Source of the DNA: Thermoplasmatales archaeon
GTDB taxonomy: Archaea > Thermoplasmatota > Thermoplasmata > Thermoplasmatales > Thermoplasmataceae
Direction of reading: 5' to 3'
Length of the DNA stretch: 64,000 nt
Assembly (NCBI GenBank): GCA_027310185.1
Contig: DAIDBH010000006.1
Location: forward strand, 128,001 to 192,000
Of this stretch, positions 19,839 to 30,023 are shown piece by piece; the first letter of the stretch is position 1, and every line of letters starts with the position of its first letter. The notes under the pieces were generated by a model, which saw only the letters and a list, made by a program, of their open reading frames with translations, was not told the origin of the DNA and searched no databases. The position numbers were made by a program, and so were the translations under genes.

Positions 19839-20982
19839 TCTTTTCTTTCCTTGGAAATAAGACGTTTCTAACTATGGACGGATTTTTGATCAGCATTCTA
19901 AGAACAACTCTTGAGGGGTAATCAATATCGCCCAGCGTATTGATAAGATGAGTCATTCTTTCAGTGGTTATTTTCCTGCCTATTATGTTAAAGGAAGTAT
20001 CAGTGATTCTTGAATATAATTTCTGGATCCTGTAATCCCTCTTCAGTTCTGCACCTAATTCCTTTTTCCACAGCCTGTTGTATGTGGAAAGTGATCTTTC
20101 TGAAAAATCCTCGCTTTCATATGCCTTCTCCATTGTAATTGCTGCCTTTTCACCTGATACCATGCCGGTATAGATTCCCCCACCGCTGAGTGGCTTTACT
20201 ATACCTGCTGCGTCCCCTATTAACAGTGCACCATTACCATATGGCTTCTTGAGAAAGCTTATGGGTATGGGACCACCTGTTATGGATATCTTATTTGGGT
20301 TGAGGTACCTCCTGTACAGATAATTGAATTTTTCCCTTGTCAGGCCAAAACCAGCCGTTCCAATGCGAGAAAAATCTCCTGCGGGAGTTCCCCAGGCAAA
20401 GTAACCGGTGCTGTATTGTGCCCCAATAAACACGTTCACATTGTCCTGATCTTCCATCCTGCCAGCTCCATCGATCTGGTATGCAGAGACTACCCTCCTG
20501 AATCTCTGATCTGGAAAAAGTACCTTTCTTGTTATACTGTTTGCCCCATCTGCTCCTACAACTGCGAGAGATTCTAGTTCCTCGATGTTTCCATCCCTCC
20601 TCAGTGTGATCCTCATCTTTCCATTTTCCCTCTTTATGTCTTTAACTCTTGAATTAAGCATCAGCTCGGCACCATTCCCTATGGACATGGCTGCAGCATC
20701 CTGATCAAAACGATCCCTCTCCAGTACTATTGTTTCCTCATCCTTTCCGATTCTAATGTGGTTACCATCTGGAAAATATATGTTTGCTCCATGAACCCTG
20801 TTCACTACCGAGTCCGTTTTTACCATTGACGTTACCCTTTTTGATACGAGGCCGGTGCATTCAACTGGTTTCCCTATGGACTGGTGCTCTTCGAGCTGTG
20901 CGACCCTGAAACCTTTTTTTGCCAGATGTTGCGTACAGTAGGACCCACTGGGGCCTCCACCAACTACAACAAAGTCAAACAA
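19822..20982 (-). CDS. Geranylgeranyl reductase family FAD oxidoreductase
   Basis: VVGGGPSG, IGKPVECTG, GADGANS and IGDAAG.VKPLSGGGI motifs. TTG start at 20982 after a GGAGG SD. Confidence 0.9.
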   Translation of the reverse strand: MFDFVVVGGGPSGSYCTQHLAKKGFRVAQLEEHQSIGKPVECTGLVSKRVTSMVKTDSVVNRVHGANIYFPDGNHIRIGKDEETIVLERDRFDQDAAAMSIGNGAELMLNSRVKDIKRENGKMRITLRRDGNIEELESLAVVGADGANSITRKVLFPDQRFRRVVSAYQIDGAGRMEDQDNVNVFIGAQYSTGYFAWGTPAGDFSRIGTAGFGLTREKFNYLYRRYLNPNKISITGGPIPISFLKKPYGNGALLIGDAAGIVKPLSGGGIYTGMVSGEKAAITMEKAYESEDFSERSLSTYNRLWKKELGAELKRDYRIQKLYSRITDTSFNIIGRKITTERMTHLINTLGDIDYPSRVVLRMLIKNPSIVRNVLFPRKEKNAERN

Positions 20983-20983
20983 T

Positions 20984-23362
20984 CTATCCCTCCATGAAAC
21001 TATCAAGTGTAGTGTTCTTGCTGTTGCGGACTGCCTGTGGTTTTTTTCCTGACCTAGATGCCTGTTCAACGAGATGTATTGGCTCGTCGAGACTCTCAAA
21101 CACCCGGTTTACGGTTTCTTCAACTCTTTTTGCGTAATAAAGCCAGTCCGGTTCATCCTCAAATTTCTCTCCATCAATATATGGCTCTACTTCCTGCGGT
21201 GTCACCCTGCTATTCGTGACTATCCATGAGACCTTCATTCCTGGAATGAATCTCTCACCTCTTTCCTGTAACTTTCTTGCAGCCCTTACGTTTGCCATGG
21301 AATCAGCGTTTGCATAGGAGGCAGAATCTTTTACCGATCTAGAAATAACAAGTTTAGAAATATCGATGGTACTGTCTCCACGGATGAGCCTTTCTATAAT
21401 GTCAACTGCATTTTCTCTTGCTCCTGATACGTCTTTGTTCATCAGCGAATCGAATACAGATTGTAGCAGTTCACTCTGCATATCAAAGGAATCAGTTCTC
21501 CTTACCTCGTATCCCCTCACAAGCATTTCTCCAGCACTATCCATTGGATAGACTATCTTTCCCACATATCTTTTCTTTGCTCCATGGGAGAAGAATGGGT
21601 CCATGATCTTCTCAAACTCTATAAGAATGTGAAGATCATCAGAAATTTCCCTGCTCAGATCATTTCCCATCTTAATTGCTTCACTGAGTTCTTTTTTTCC
21701 TGATTCAATGAATACGCTATCAGTATCACCGTATATCACTTTCAGGTCCTTCTTCTTCAGCTTATCTATGAGACCCATGATCGTGTTTCTTGCGAAGGAC
21801 GTGACGGAACTTCCAAGTTCAGGATTTGTGAATCTGTAGAATGATGAAGCGAGTACACCATAAAAGGTATTCATAAGTATTTTTATTGCGTTCTGTACAC
21901 CATCCAGGTAATCCCTTTCATCGCCCTTAGCCTGCTTCATCAGCTTTTTGACCTGATCTCTCCTGTCCATCAACGTCTGCAGCAATTCTGGAATCAACCC
22001 TTTCCTTACAGACGGATCCAGAAACCTTGCGCCTGTAGGCGAAATTATGGTTCCATTTTCACTGAGTGTTGTGAAACATATATTGTATTTCATAATTATG
22101 GACGGATACATGCTCTTGAAGTCAAGCACTATTACCATGTCATATAATCCTGCACCAATGGATTCCACATGCCCGCCTTCTATGGCCCTGTCCTTCAGCG
22201 CCTGACTTGCAGTCATTGGAACTGCTATATTTCTCTGTGTTGCCAGCCTTATGAGCAGTGAATCTACATAATTACTTGTCCCCCCATTTGTTGTATCCTC
22301 CAGTGGAAGTTTCGTTACAGTGGACATGAACATATTTCTATCCACGACCCGCATTTTTTCCATGATTCTCAGTGTCAGATCAGCATCCTTAATGCAGTAA
22401 TCAATCACCTCCTTCGGCCTGTTTTTATATTCTTCCATGATGTTGAGCCTGTCAACGTCATCCTTTCCTTCATTCAGGAGTTCCATTGCGACGTAATTAA
22501 GTGTTTCATGTTTTGGTTTCAGGATCTTCTTCACATTCCACCAAACATCGCTGATTATCCTTCCCTTAACCCTCCAGAACTGGCCATTGATCCTCCTTGC
22601 CTTTGTTCCATCCCTTCCTATATCAAGTGTGAGGCCGTATCTTTCCATCCTGTATTCAATTACAGGTAGATCGTAACCATCAATGTTGTATCCTATGATG
22701 ATATCCGGATCTTTTTCCAGTACAAGCTTATTAAAATTTGATAGAATCTCCTTCTCTTCCCCAGTAATGGCACCTTTCTCTGGTTCTACCCCTTTCCTGC
22801 TTCTTATGGAATATCCTATTACTATGATCTTACCGAATGTATCTCCTTCATCGGGAGGGAATGCATTTTCTATATCAAAACTGAGCACCCTTACATCAGG
22901 TGTGAAATCGTCCGTTGTCTTTATGCTCTTGATATCGGATCTTAATACCATGTCTGTATGATATCTATTCCTGTCAATGACCTCCTCACCTTCAACCTCA
23001 ACACATGCACCAAGATCAAGATCATAGATGAATCTGTGATGGAATGGTATATCTGCAGCCATTACCGTTGAAACAAACAGGGAACGTAATTCCGGCACTT
23101 TATATGGATGATTGACATAAATTCTTATTGCTTTCCTTGTCTCCCCCTTGACCCATAATTCAAGTTCCTCCATTCTCTTAAATTCAGGATTTTTCTTGAT
23201 TCCTTCTATTTCCTGCTCTTTTGGTTCTATAACGTCAAAATATGGATCAAAACCGCCACACAGGACCGTTACTGATGAGCCGTCAGCTGTCCTCCCAAAA
23301 ATCTCCACAACCGTATCTGAAGTCCTGTATGAGGATGAAATTATTCTAAGGCTTATTTTCAT
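20984..23362 (-). CDS. polB: Family B DNA polymerase
   Basis: Exonuclease SFDIE, GYNIDGYD and YCIKDA; polymerase DFKSMYPS, K...NTFYG, YGDTDS and KKRY. No intein. Confidence 0.97.
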   Translation of the reverse strand: MKISLRIISSSYRTSDTVVEIFGRTADGSSVTVLCGGFDPYFDVIEPKEQEIEGIKKNPEFKRMEELELWVKGETRKAIRIYVNHPYKVPELRSLFVSTVMAADIPFHHRFIYDLDLGACVEVEGEEVIDRNRYHTDMVLRSDIKSIKTTDDFTPDVRVLSFDIENAFPPDEGDTFGKIIVIGYSIRSRKGVEPEKGAITGEEKEILSNFNKLVLEKDPDIIIGYNIDGYDLPVIEYRMERYGLTLDIGRDGTKARRINGQFWRVKGRIISDVWWNVKKILKPKHETLNYVAMELLNEGKDDVDRLNIMEEYKNRPKEVIDYCIKDADLTLRIMEKMRVVDRNMFMSTVTKLPLEDTTNGGTSNYVDSLLIRLATQRNIAVPMTASQALKDRAIEGGHVESIGAGLYDMVIVLDFKSMYPSIIMKYNICFTTLSENGTIISPTGARFLDPSVRKGLIPELLQTLMDRRDQVKKLMKQAKGDERDYLDGVQNAIKILMNTFYGVLASSFYRFTNPELGSSVTSFARNTIMGLIDKLKKKDLKVIYGDTDSVFIESGKKELSEAIKMGNDLSREISDDLHILIEFEKIMDPFFSHGAKKRYVGKIVYPMDSAGEMLVRGYEVRRTDSFDMQSELLQSVFDSLMNKDVSGARENAVDIIERLIRGDSTIDISKLVISRSVKDSASYANADSMANVRAARKLQERGERFIPGMKVSWIVTNSRVTPQEVEPYIDGEKFEDEPDWLYYAKRVEETVNRVFESLDEPIHLVEQASRSGKKPQAVRNSKNTTLDSFMEG

Positions 23363-23533
23363 CTGTTAAATATGCATATCCGGCTTAAAACAATATCCAT
23401 TATTTCGAATTGTGAACTTTATGGGATGAAAGAAATCTTATCCTTCCTTATTCCATGAACAAATTCCAGGATTGGCATGTACTGAGATTCAATTATAAAA
23501 ACAAAACGCTTTAATAATTTGAGAAAATTTACT

Positions 23534-23619
23534 CATGTTCAGGGGAGCCATTGGCTGAGAGGATCAGAAGATCGACCCTTTGAACCTGACCCGGGTAATT
23601 CCGGCGGAGGGAGAAGATG
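23534..23619 (+). promoter_or_regulatory. TPP (THI-box) riboswitch
   Basis: GGGGAGCC-ATT-GGCTGAGAGG...ACCCTTTGAACCTGA-CCGGGTAATTCCGG-CGGAGGGA matches the TPP aptamer consensus. Imperfect P1 CATGTTC/GAAGATG; TTTAATAA TATA-like box at 23510-23517; upstream of an MFS gene. Confidence 0.93.
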
Positions 23620-23694
23620 GATATAATATACGGCATCGTAAAAAGGAGTTTGTTTGTTACAGGTCTAAAATGCGGAGGTTTTCTGTATGAATAA
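23617..23694 (+). CDS. Putative 25-aa uORF (MDIIYGIVKRSLFVTGLKCGGFLYE) starting inside the TPP aptamer
   Basis: GGAGG (23606-23610) 6 nt before ATG 23617; its end overlaps the MFS start (ATGAATAA). Confidence 0.45.
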   Translation: MDIIYGIVKRSLFVTGLKCGGFLYE

Positions 23695-24916
23695 ATACAG
23701 ATCATCCCTCCTTGCCTCAACGTCCTTTGCATTTATTTTCTGGGGGATAGTTGGTACAATAGGACCGCTTGCTGCATCTGGATCAATAATCGGAAATCTA
23801 AATCACACGGGAAAGCTCATATTTCTCTTGATAGGGCCACTGGTTGTACCAGCAGGCAATCTTTCCATGGGATTTCTTGCTGATGCCATAGGTAGAAAAA
23901 AGGTTTTTCTAATTACAATGTCATTTTATACCATTGGAATTATTGTTATAAGTCTGAGCTACACCTTCATTCCCTTGCTGCTCGGCCTAATACTTGCGGA
24001 ATTTGGAGTTGGTGGTGAAGAACCATCCTCGCTTTCACTGGTGGCTGAAAATACAGATGCAGATAAGAGGCCATTCTGGCTGACGATCCTTACCAATATG
24101 GACAATATCGGCAGCGCCCTAATGGCTGGACTATTTTTCATAGTGGTTAATGATCTGCAGGACAGGGCTGTTCTCCTGATTGGTTCCCTGTTACTGATTT
24201 TGTTTATAGTTGCACTCAGGAGAGTGATCCCGGAATCCCAGATGTGGCTGAAAGAATCGGGTAATACTGATGAATACAGAAAGGAGAGGGAGAAAATAGA
24301 ATTGAGGGATGATGGTGAAAGGATTTCCCAGCCAAGCCTCCTTCCATCCTTCATTTTTCTTGGCGTAATAGCTGTATCTCAGTATCTCACATTCGGCCTA
24401 ATGGCTTACGTTCTTGCCCCCATAGAATTTCCAAATAGCTCTGAAGATGATCTGATCATTTTTGTAGCACTTCTGGGTTCTTCTGTGGCAGGTTTCATTG
24501 CGGCTCCACTTATTTCAAGGGGAAGAAAGAACTATACACTACTTTCTTTCCTGTTTGGCACAGTTACAATGGTTGCAATATTCATAATGGTCCCATACTT
24601 GCAGAACATGGTTATATTTCTTCCACTACTTTTTGCAAACATGTTCATGAGTGAATTTGCCTATGCTTCAAGATCCGTTCTTGAACCTGAACTTTATGGC
24701 ACAAGAAACAGATCAGCACTTATAGGATTAACCAGGTTATGGCCCATGATAGCTTACCCAATATTCACCTTTTACACAAGCAGCCTGAATCTTTATAACT
24801 TTTTGCTCATCAATGTGATACTCTGGGCACTGGGATTGTCTGCGTCTGTTTACTGGTTCTATTTTGGAATTGAGACAAAAAATGCAAACATAGATTATAT
24901 GCCCAGAACCACCTGA
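23687..24916 (+). CDS. MFS transporter, probably for thiamine or a thiamine precursor
   Basis: G.LADAIGRKK motif A, GVGGE, ~12 TM; downstream of a TPP riboswitch; own SD GGAGGT at 23674-23679. Confidence 0.88.
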   Translation: MNKYRSSLLASTSFAFIFWGIVGTIGPLAASGSIIGNLNHTGKLIFLLIGPLVVPAGNLSMGFLADAIGRKKVFLITMSFYTIGIIVISLSYTFIPLLLGLILAEFGVGGEEPSSLSLVAENTDADKRPFWLTILTNMDNIGSALMAGLFFIVVNDLQDRAVLLIGSLLLILFIVALRRVIPESQMWLKESGNTDEYRKEREKIELRDDGERISQPSLLPSFIFLGVIAVSQYLTFGLMAYVLAPIEFPNSSEDDLIIFVALLGSSVAGFIAAPLISRGRKNYTLLSFLFGTVTMVAIFIMVPYLQNMVIFLPLLFANMFMSEFAYASRSVLEPELYGTRNRSALIGLTRLWPMIAYPIFTFYTSSLNLYNFLLINVILWALGLSASVYWFYFGIETKNANIDYMPRTT

Positions 24917-25043
24917 TCTTATCCTTCCTTTGAAATCAAATATCATGAAGGAAATTTCTACTTTTTAAATATTTCATATTTAATAAGTGAAAACAATCCA
25001 AATTTTATAATAACCGCTTGCTAATTACCATAGGGGAGAATTA

Positions 25044-26213
25044 ATGGCATCGATCGTAGAAATGGTAGACAATTATGGGAGGTACAGGAGGGATGTCCTG
25101 AATCTTCAGGCATCAGAGAATTTTCTCTGCTCTCACGTGAAGATGGCATTGGGAACTGATCTCGGTGGAAGATATTCCCACGTTATGCCGGATGGCAGAA
25201 ATGCCTATGGCGGAACAGAGATGATAGAGAACATTTTCAATGAAACAGAGAAAAACATCAAAACACTATATGGTTCCAAGTTTGCCGAAATAAGGCCGTT
25301 GGGTGGTCATATTGCAGCAGAGATCAGTTTACTGAGCACAATTCAAAAGAACGACACAATAATGGCAATAAGTGAGGAGTTTGGTGGATACACAGGATAC
25401 ATGGAAAACTATCTTCCAGCCATGCTTGGCTTCAAAACAGAATTCATTCCTTACATTGAGGAAAAACAGGAAATTGATTACGATTCGTTTGAAAAGAAGG
25501 CCATGGAGATTAAACCGAAGGCAGTTGTTCTTGGCCAGTCTTTCTTTGTAAAGCATTATGATCTTGCGAGAATAAGGGAAATATGCGATAAAGCGGGATC
25601 AAAACTTCTTTATGATGGTTCCCACATCATGGGACTGATTGCTGGAAAGAAATTCCAGCCAGACGCACTGAAATATTCAGACATTTTATTCGGTTCAACA
25701 CACAAGACATTCTTCGGTCCTCAAGGTGGGATAGTACTTACCAACAATGAGGAACTGGCAGGAAAGATCGGTGAAAATGTTGTGTGGAAAACAATGGATA
25801 ACTATCACCCGAACAGGATTGCAGGCCTTGGTATTGCTGCACAGGACCTTATAACATTCGGAGAGAGTTATGCAGGATGGATTGTTTCAAACACCTATAC
25901 TCTTGCCAGAACACTCAACGATTCAGGCATAGCCATAAAATATGCTCCGTGGTATTCTGAAAGTCACCAGATAATTCTCTCTAAGGATAATTTCCAGAAA
26001 TATGGTGATTTCAGAACAATAAGCAAAAACCTTGAGAATAACAGAATAATAGCAGATACGGAAGGAAGGCTAGGAATGGCTGAAATAACAAGAATGGGAC
26101 TTACAGATATGGTTACACTTGGAGAGATAGTCGCCGATGCCATAAAGGGAAAGGACACGAGAAGCAGGATCACTGAGGTCCTGAGAAATTCCAGCATAAA
26201 ATTTTGCAGGTGA
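25044..26213 (+). CDS. glyA: Serine hydroxymethyltransferase (archaeal type)
   Basis: LNLQASEN, YDGSH..GLIAG and GSTHKTFFGPQGG (PLP Lys) motifs. Confidence 0.92.
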   Translation: MASIVEMVDNYGRYRRDVLNLQASENFLCSHVKMALGTDLGGRYSHVMPDGRNAYGGTEMIENIFNETEKNIKTLYGSKFAEIRPLGGHIAAEISLLSTIQKNDTIMAISEEFGGYTGYMENYLPAMLGFKTEFIPYIEEKQEIDYDSFEKKAMEIKPKAVVLGQSFFVKHYDLARIREICDKAGSKLLYDGSHIMGLIAGKKFQPDALKYSDILFGSTHKTFFGPQGGIVLTNNEELAGKIGENVVWKTMDNYHPNRIAGLGIAAQDLITFGESYAGWIVSNTYTLARTLNDSGIAIKYAPWYSESHQIILSKDNFQKYGDFRTISKNLENNRIIADTEGRLGMAEITRMGLTDMVTLGEIVADAIKGKDTRSRITEVLRNSSIKFCR

Positions 26214-26217
26214 AATT

Positions 26218-27318
26218 ATGAAAACAGTTGAAGATATAATGACAAAGAACCCATTGACAATTGATGAGGAAACAACAGTATCTCTTGCACTGAACAGGAT
26301 GAGAGATAACAAGATTGCCCAGCTTCCAGTGGAGTCTGGAAAAAAATACCTGGGAATGATCAGCTACAGGGATATACTTAGAAGAAGGAGCATTCATCTT
26401 AATTCAAAGATAAAGAATTTCGTTGTGAAATCACCCGAACTTACAAGAAGAGATACTCTTGAAAAAGTGGTAAACCTACTCAGAGACAGTGCAATGGGAG
26501 CACTTCCCGTGGTGGAAAATGGAAAGATTGCAGGAGTAGTTTCCAGAACTGACATAATAAAGAACATTGAAGAATTTGATGAGCTGAAGGGTGTCCAGAC
26601 ATTTGATCTGATGCAGGATGCCTATTTCGCAAAGCCCGATGAGGATCTGGAATCAATTATGGAAAAGGTCAGGGCGCATGATGTGGACACAATCAATGTG
26701 GCAGATGAGAAAACAAACCTTCTTGGCCTCATCAGAATTGAAAATGTACTGGATTATGAGATGAAAACGAAAGAAAGGGTCAGGAAGGGAGACTTCACGG
26801 GAGAGAGGAATCACCCGGATATAGATATTAAGTCCCTTATGGAGCAACCAGTATTCTGTTATGAGGATGATGATCTTTTCACCGCATCTGAGGAACTCGT
26901 AAAAAACCATCTTCACACTATAGCAATCTGCGACAAGGGAAAGAGGATAGTGGGCATACTGAGTGTTGACGACATAATTAGTTCACTCTGGTCAAAGGAG
27001 AGCACAGAAGGCATGCTGGTAAATATTTCAGGACTCGGAGTGGGAGATACAGACCTGTATTCTACAATATATTCCATGGTTGAAAAATTCACGGACAGAT
27101 ATTCAAAGCTGGAAAATCTAAAGAATGGGACCATGAATATCCACGTTGTGAAGCACCACAGTGAAGAAGGAAGGATAAAATATTCCATAAGGACAAGACT
27201 GATTGGCAGGAAAATAAACATGACAGAAAGCTCCTCAGGCTGGAACTTTGGAAAGGTCCTATCTGATATATTTGACGATTATGAATCTAGGACAAAGAGG
27301 GAGAAGGAGAAGAGCTGA
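26218..27318 (+). CDS. Four-CBS-domain protein with C-terminal HPF/RaiA-like domain (Hib-like candidate hibernation factor)
   Basis: Repeated CBS motifs (VEDIMTKNP, LPVVE.GK..GVVSRTDI). C-terminal ~100 aa contains VNISGL...IHV..H...GRIKYSIRTRL...GWNF...L. Confidence 0.8.
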   Translation: MKTVEDIMTKNPLTIDEETTVSLALNRMRDNKIAQLPVESGKKYLGMISYRDILRRRSIHLNSKIKNFVVKSPELTRRDTLEKVVNLLRDSAMGALPVVENGKIAGVVSRTDIIKNIEEFDELKGVQTFDLMQDAYFAKPDEDLESIMEKVRAHDVDTINVADEKTNLLGLIRIENVLDYEMKTKERVRKGDFTGERNHPDIDIKSLMEQPVFCYEDDDLFTASEELVKNHLHTIAICDKGKRIVGILSVDDIISSLWSKESTEGMLVNISGLGVGDTDLYSTIYSMVEKFTDRYSKLENLKNGTMNIHVVKHHSEEGRIKYSIRTRLIGRKINMTESSSGWNFGKVLSDIFDDYESRTKREKEKS

Positions 27319-27320
27319 AC

Positions 27321-28703
27321 ATGATTGAACTGATGGACAGAATTCTGGATAAACTGGAAAAAGGGGCGATGTACGGTGAAGTAAGATATATGTCGGGAGA
27401 GAGTACAGAGGCTTCCATGAGAAATTCAGAATTCCAGGGAGAAGGAACTTCATCAGGGGAAGGAATTGCAATAAGGGCAATGAACGAATCCATTGCCATG
27501 GGATTTATTTCATCCTTCGATTTTGACCGGATACAGGAAATTATAGACAGAGTTTTAAGGAATAGCCACAGAGGAGGCAGAAACAAGCTTGACATGTCTG
27601 GAGGAATCAGGGACAAATGGGAAGCTCTTGGAAAACACAAGGTAGAAGACATCCAGAGTTCGGACAGGATGGAAATCATGAAAAACGCTGATGAAATGAT
27701 GAAGGGCTATGATCTCTCAGTGAGAATGAATGCAATCTACCACAGGAAGATCAGGCAAATATACCAGAATACCTCAGGGAGCATAATAGAATCCAGCCTT
27801 TCGAGGATCGGTTATTTCATGGTTGGTGGTTATAAGGATGGCAACTCCTTTGAAGAAATTTACAGGCAGTTCGGTACCACTGGAGGCATGGAAAACTTCA
27901 GGGAACTTGATGTACAGAAGAAAATTGAGGATGCAGTAAAAAACCTGAAGGAGATTTCAAAGTCTCCATCGGCAAAACCAGGAAGGTATGATGTGGTAAT
28001 CAGTCCGGAAATAGCAGGGATAGTTGCACATGAATCATGTGGACATCCAACTGAATGGGACAGGATATCTGGAAGAGAGGGGTCACTTGCTGGAGAATCT
28101 TTCCTTACTGGAAAGAAATATCCATTTAAAATAGGTTCTCCAGTTGTAAACGTGATCGATGATCCCACAGTAAAGGGAAGCTACGGTTACTATAAATATG
28201 ATGATGAGGGAATCAGGGCCAGGAAGAGATACCTGTACAGGGATGGGATGACAAATGAGTTTATACATAGCAGGGAAAGTGCGGCAAACTATGGTGTTGA
28301 ACCCAATGGAGGCGGTAGAGTTTCTGACTGGGACATGGAACCCCTGGCCAGAATGAGTACCACATATATAGAACCGGGTCAACATACCTTTGATGAGCTG
28401 GTTGAGGATATCAAGCACGGAATTTACATAAAAAGTTACACAGAGTGGAATATTGATGATATAAGGTTCAATGAGAAGTATGTAGGGAGCGAGGCATTCA
28501 TAATTGAAAATGGAAGGCTGAAAGGTAGGGTAAGGAAACCCGCTATAGAAACAAATACAGTTAATTTCTACTCCTCCATAGATGCTGTCTCGAAGGAACT
28601 TGAATTTGAAGCTGGAACATGCGGGAAAGGGGATCCGGAACAGGGTGTCGATACATGGATGGGGGGACCCAGTGTTAGATTGAGGAATATATACATATCC
28701 TGA
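27321..28703 (+). CDS. tldD: TldD metalloprotease subunit
   Basis: HESCGHPTE.D zinc motif, YDDEG, RMSTTYIEPG and CGKG.P.Q. Confidence 0.93.
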   Translation: MIELMDRILDKLEKGAMYGEVRYMSGESTEASMRNSEFQGEGTSSGEGIAIRAMNESIAMGFISSFDFDRIQEIIDRVLRNSHRGGRNKLDMSGGIRDKWEALGKHKVEDIQSSDRMEIMKNADEMMKGYDLSVRMNAIYHRKIRQIYQNTSGSIIESSLSRIGYFMVGGYKDGNSFEEIYRQFGTTGGMENFRELDVQKKIEDAVKNLKEISKSPSAKPGRYDVVISPEIAGIVAHESCGHPTEWDRISGREGSLAGESFLTGKKYPFKIGSPVVNVIDDPTVKGSYGYYKYDDEGIRARKRYLYRDGMTNEFIHSRESAANYGVEPNGGGRVSDWDMEPLARMSTTYIEPGQHTFDELVEDIKHGIYIKSYTEWNIDDIRFNEKYVGSEAFIIENGRLKGRVRKPAIETNTVNFYSSIDAVSKELEFEAGTCGKGDPEQGVDTWMGGPSVRLRNIYIS

Positions 28704-28712
28704 GGTAAAATT

Positions 28713-30017
28713 ATGGCTGACTTAGATTTAATTAGAAGAGATGTAAAGAAACTGGACCTTGATTCCTACGCAATCAGGGTGATCAGGACAAACATAGAAC
28801 AGATCAGGTTTTCTAACAATCTCGTGGATCTTAGAAATTACTGGACACGGGAAGGTATTTCCATATTCCTCAATTCAGGAAAGAAGATAACTGAGATAAG
28901 CCTGGATAATGATTCAAATATAGAAGAAAAAATAGAAAAGTCCTACAGAGCTATGTTAAATGGCGAAGAATCCAGCACATTTAACGGTATAAACCCTGAA
29001 AAATACGGTTCAATAGAGAGGATAGAAGATCAGGAAAAAACTGTAGAGCTAGATGATATAGTTAATGCATGTATAGAGGGTGCAAGGGATGGAGGTTCTG
29101 AAAGAAGCACAGGTCTTGCATACAGGACATATACCGATGATCATATCATAACACCCTTCAATGAGCATCACGTCACTTACGATGATTTCAACTTTGATAT
29201 AAGGGCATTCAGGGGTCTTAGCACTGGACAGGAAGGCGTTCATTTCTCATCTACTGTAAAAGATCCCGTTGAAATCGCAAGAAATGCAGGACTGGAGGCG
29301 GGAAAAACAGCATCTCTCACGGTTCCGTCAAGGGAATTTGAGGCTGGAAACTTTGAAACACTTCTCTCTCCCTACGTTATAGGTAATATTTTTACATACT
29401 GTTCCTCACTATTTTCAGCTTATTCGGTACAGATGGGCATGAGCTACCTGGATGAGAGTCTGGGAAAGAAGGTTGCTTCTGAATCTCTGACACTTGTTGA
29501 TTCTCCACTAAACAGGGAAGGCTCAAACTTCACTCTGTTTGATGATGAGGGGACACCATGCTTTAATAAAAATCTTATAAATCAGGGTGTCCTTGAAAAT
29601 TTTGTACACTCATATTCAACAGCAGTAACGTCAGGAACAAAAACTACTGGTAATGCAGGAATTATTAGTCCTGAACCTCTTCAGCTTTCAATGGAAAGTG
29701 GTAATAAGTCAGTTGAAGACCTTCTTCAATCAATAGACAGGGGGTTATACATAAAAAACGCATGGTATACCCGTTTCCAGGATAACAGGAACGCAGTATT
29801 CTCAACTGTCCCGAGAGATGGGATTTTCATGGTTGAGAATGGGGAAATAACAGGAAAAATCGGTGGAGTTAGAATCAGCGATTCCTTTGGGAAAATAATC
29901 AAAAATATATCAGGTGTTTCTAGGGAACTTAAAAATGTGAAGTTCTGGGAAGAGGTTTCCCCCTCCATAATGGCATCAGTGATAGTGCAGGACCTTCATG
30001 TGACAAAGGCCTTTTAG
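28713..30017 (+). CDS. pmbA: TldE/PmbA subunit
   Basis: QIRFSNN, FDDEGTP, TTGNAG and WYTRFQ; no HExxH; follows tldD. Confidence 0.88.
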   Translation: MADLDLIRRDVKKLDLDSYAIRVIRTNIEQIRFSNNLVDLRNYWTREGISIFLNSGKKITEISLDNDSNIEEKIEKSYRAMLNGEESSTFNGINPEKYGSIERIEDQEKTVELDDIVNACIEGARDGGSERSTGLAYRTYTDDHIITPFNEHHVTYDDFNFDIRAFRGLSTGQEGVHFSSTVKDPVEIARNAGLEAGKTASLTVPSREFEAGNFETLLSPYVIGNIFTYCSSLFSAYSVQMGMSYLDESLGKKVASESLTLVDSPLNREGSNFTLFDDEGTPCFNKNLINQGVLENFVHSYSTAVTSGTKTTGNAGIISPEPLQLSMESGNKSVEDLLQSIDRGLYIKNAWYTRFQDNRNAVFSTVPRDGIFMVENGEITGKIGGVRISDSFGKIIKNISGVSRELKNVKFWEEVSPSIMASVIVQDLHVTKAF

Positions 30018-30023
30018 ATCCCT

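Noticed and set aside
23529-23732. 67-aa minus-strand ORF
   Set aside because: Antisense to the TPP riboswitch and the MFS start; shadow ORF.
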